Shown here piece by piece: positions 62,016-64,000 of a DNA stretch of 64,000 nt (position 1 is its first letter; each line of letters begins with the position of its first letter). A model generated the notes under the pieces. It saw only the letters and a list, made by a program, of their open reading frames with translations, had not been told where the DNA came from and ran no database searches. The position numbers and the translations under genes are program-made. This DNA comes from an uncultured Gemmatimonadales bacterium (GTDB lineage Bacteria; Gemmatimonadota; Gemmatimonadetes; Gemmatimonadales; GWC2-71-9): the NCBI GenBank assembly GCA_963728915.1, contig CAVSLV010000001.1, positions 1-64,000 on the forward strand, read 5' to 3'.

Positions 62016-63620
62016 TCACCAGTTCCCGGTCAGCTCCCGCCGCGCCATCGCCATCGGAATCAACCCGACGCCGTTGAGCTCGTCCATGAACCGTCGCAGG
62101 GTGAACTGCGCGCCCATCTCGCGGGCCCGGCTCGCGAGCAGCCGCTCGAACTCGATCTTGCCGACCAGATAGCTGGTGCCATAGCCGGGCTGCTCGAGGT
62201 AGAGGTGCTGCTCTTCCCAGACCGTCGCCATGTCGGAGCGGAGCCAGGCGCGCGGGGTATTCGCGGAGGCGAACTCGGCGGCCTGCTCGAGCGTCATCCG
62301 GTTGGCGTGCATCATGAGCTCTCCTAACGCGCGGGCCGCGCGCTCGGCCAGCAGGATGTAGAGCAGCTCCCGGCTCCGGGGCCGGGAATCGAACATCCCC
62401 GCCTGCAGCATCAGCTCTTCCCAGGCAGTCGCCAGCCCCTCGGTCCGGGTATTGAAGATGTTGTAGAGCAGCGGCCCTTTCCGGATCGGACTGGGGTGGG
62501 GCTCCCGCGCCATCCGGAGCAGGTCGAACCAGTGGTACCCGTGGGTCCGCATGACGACCGGATCGCGGTAGTCCACTTCGGTGAAGAAATCCCGGGGCCC
62601 GCTGAGGAAGGTCCCGATCCTGGCCCGAAGCGCCGAATCCATGCCCGGCGTGACGGTGAGCAGGTCATGATTCTTGAGATAGTTCATGTACTCGGTCACC
62701 GCGAGATTGAACCGCCGGGCATGCTCCTGCGCTCCGCCCACCGGGACCTGGAGCGGCAGCTTCCGGTTCTTTTCCTCCTCGAGGCGGAGCGCGGTGTGGG
62801 CCCGGGCAAGCTCGCGTTGCATCATCGCGACTTCGTCGGACCAGGTATAAGGAAGAAGCTGGACGTTCCGGAGGTACCAGTCATAGTTCTCGATGCCGAC
62901 GCCCGAGTTCCCCTTCTTCGAGTCGAGTCGCGCATCGAGCCACTCCGCCAGGGAATCGGTCGCGACCTGGGCGCGGTGGACGTCGGAAAGCAGGGATGGC
63001 GTGGCCGACCGGACCCGGTTCTCCAGCTCGGCGAGATCCGAGCTCTGCTGTTTGATGCTTCGGCTGCCGTACAGCCAGAGATCGCGCGCGTCTCCGGTCA
63101 GGTTCTGACGTGCCTGGGCCAGGAGACCCGGGATCGCGCGCAGTCCGGCCCGAAGCTCGTCGGCATCGTGCTGGTTCAGAGGAAAGTGATAGGCCCAGAC
63201 CTCGATCGCCCCATAGGCGCCCGGGCCTTCGCGGGCCGGCTGGTCGCTCTGCTCAAGAAACACGGTGACGTAGAATGCCGGATCGCGCGCCCAGGGTCGC
63301 AGCACCCGGTGGTCGAAGTCCAATCCGTTCATCTCCGCTTCGACCAGCCGGTAGTCCACCCGCTGGGGCACCGTCCAGCTCGTGGTGTCGAACCCGGTCA
63401 GCCGCTTCTGCATGGCGACGAGCTGGCGCTGCTGCGTCGACATGGCGGAGCTGCGGTAGTCCGGGATTCCATTGACGAGTGGAGGACGCTGGAAGGTGCG
63501 CCATTCCCGGAAGAAGGCCCCAAGGTCCTCGTAGCTCTGGGACCTGGCCTGCGCGGAAGCATTGATGACGAGGGCGCAAAGCGCCCACAGCGCGGCGGGG
63601 ATGGTGCGAGAGCAATGCAT
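62016..63620 (-). CDS. DUF885-family secreted protein
   Basis: Signal peptide; RPWARDPAFY; RTEGLATAWEE; QPGYGTSYLVGK; FTLRRFMD. Confidence 0.8.
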   Translation of the reverse strand: MHCSRTIPAALWALCALVINASAQARSQSYEDLGAFFREWRTFQRPPLVNGIPDYRSSAMSTQQRQLVAMQKRLTGFDTTSWTVPQRVDYRLVEAEMNGLDFDHRVLRPWARDPAFYVTVFLEQSDQPAREGPGAYGAIEVWAYHFPLNQHDADELRAGLRAIPGLLAQARQNLTGDARDLWLYGSRSIKQQSSDLAELENRVRSATPSLLSDVHRAQVATDSLAEWLDARLDSKKGNSGVGIENYDWYLRNVQLLPYTWSDEVAMMQRELARAHTALRLEEEKNRKLPLQVPVGGAQEHARRFNLAVTEYMNYLKNHDLLTVTPGMDSALRARIGTFLSGPRDFFTEVDYRDPVVMRTHGYHWFDLLRMAREPHPSPIRKGPLLYNIFNTRTEGLATAWEELMLQAGMFDSRPRSRELLYILLAERAARALGELMMHANRMTLEQAAEFASANTPRAWLRSDMATVWEEQHLYLEQPGYGTSYLVGKIEFERLLASRAREMGAQFTLRRFMDELNGVGLIPMAMARRELTGNW

Positions 63621-63660
63621 GAGATGACGATGGGCTCAGGAAGCGGGAAACCTAGCCGAA

Positions 63661-63697
63661 AAGATCAGGCCCGGCGATCCGGGGACCACCGGGCCTG
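63661..63697 (-). terminator. Probable intrinsic terminator of the last gene
   Basis: CAGGCCCGG / CCGGGCCTG stem followed by ATCTTTT on the minus strand. Confidence 0.55.
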
Positions 63698-63717
63698 CAC
63701 GTTCTCGTGAGTTGCGA

Positions 63718-64000
63718 TCAACGAATCGTGGCGACTCGGACCAGGGCGTTCAGCGAATCCACCGGCAGCTTCCCGGCGATGGTCAGGACCCGGAGGGTCC
63801 GGCGAAGCCCACCGGCAGGATCGTCCACATAGTCCGGAGGCGTCCGGGTGGCATCGCTGCTGTGGACATCCTTCGCCTGCCGCCGGAGGACCTGATTGAC
63901 CTGATCGACCGGCCCCTCGATCGCGTAGATCAACTCGCCGTTCGAATCCGACTGGGTCACGATCACCGTAGGACGTTCTCCCCGGTCCCCGGGGCGGATC
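63718..64000 (-). CDS. Hypothetical protein, 3' end only
   Basis: Frame open to the window edge; followed by a terminator-like hairpin. Confidence 0.5.
   Translation of the reverse strand, partial: IRPGDRGERPTVIVTQSDSNGELIYAIEGPVDQVNQVLRRQAKDVHSSDATRTPPDYVDDPAGGLRRTLRVLTIAGKLPVDSLNALVRVATIR

Overview
GC-rich bacterial chromosomal segment, most likely Gemmatimonadota (inferred from gene content: SusC/SusD pair, carboxypeptidase-regulatory/plug proteins, several Hanks kinases, alternative complex III). Left to right: kinase-TolB-TPR gene (5' partial); SusC/SusD/DUF4397 uptake locus flanked by two barrel-less plug proteins; a kinase-BRCT fusion; a DUF2946-like uORF + TonB receptor + BNR protein + TlpA operon (probable metal/copper uptake); small stress genes; NHEJ locus (DUF72, ku, ligD); a deletion scar and a vapBC-type TA pair; an ankyrin gene with a structured leader; acnA; PIG-L, MFS, M3 peptidase, infA, csp; GGDEF + pseudokinase-kinase; queE/queC/queF; speA; gltA; TetR/acyl-CoA dehydrogenase; dinB; HMG-CoA lyase-like; molybdate/tungstate ABC permease and ATPase; trmJ; actABCDEF; DUF885. 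About a dozen frame breaks in the first 27.4 kb are probably long-read indels. No rRNA, tRNA, CRISPR or transposase seen. Best leads: (1) a two-state, SD-sequestering RNA leader ahead of the ankyrin gene; (2) a Cys/His-rich uORF ending in a TAPP arrest-like motif whose last codons are the anti-SD of the TonB receptor; (3) GGCGGACN octamer arrays inside and between genes; (4) the kinase-BRCT fusion. All family calls are by eye from motifs; no searches were run.
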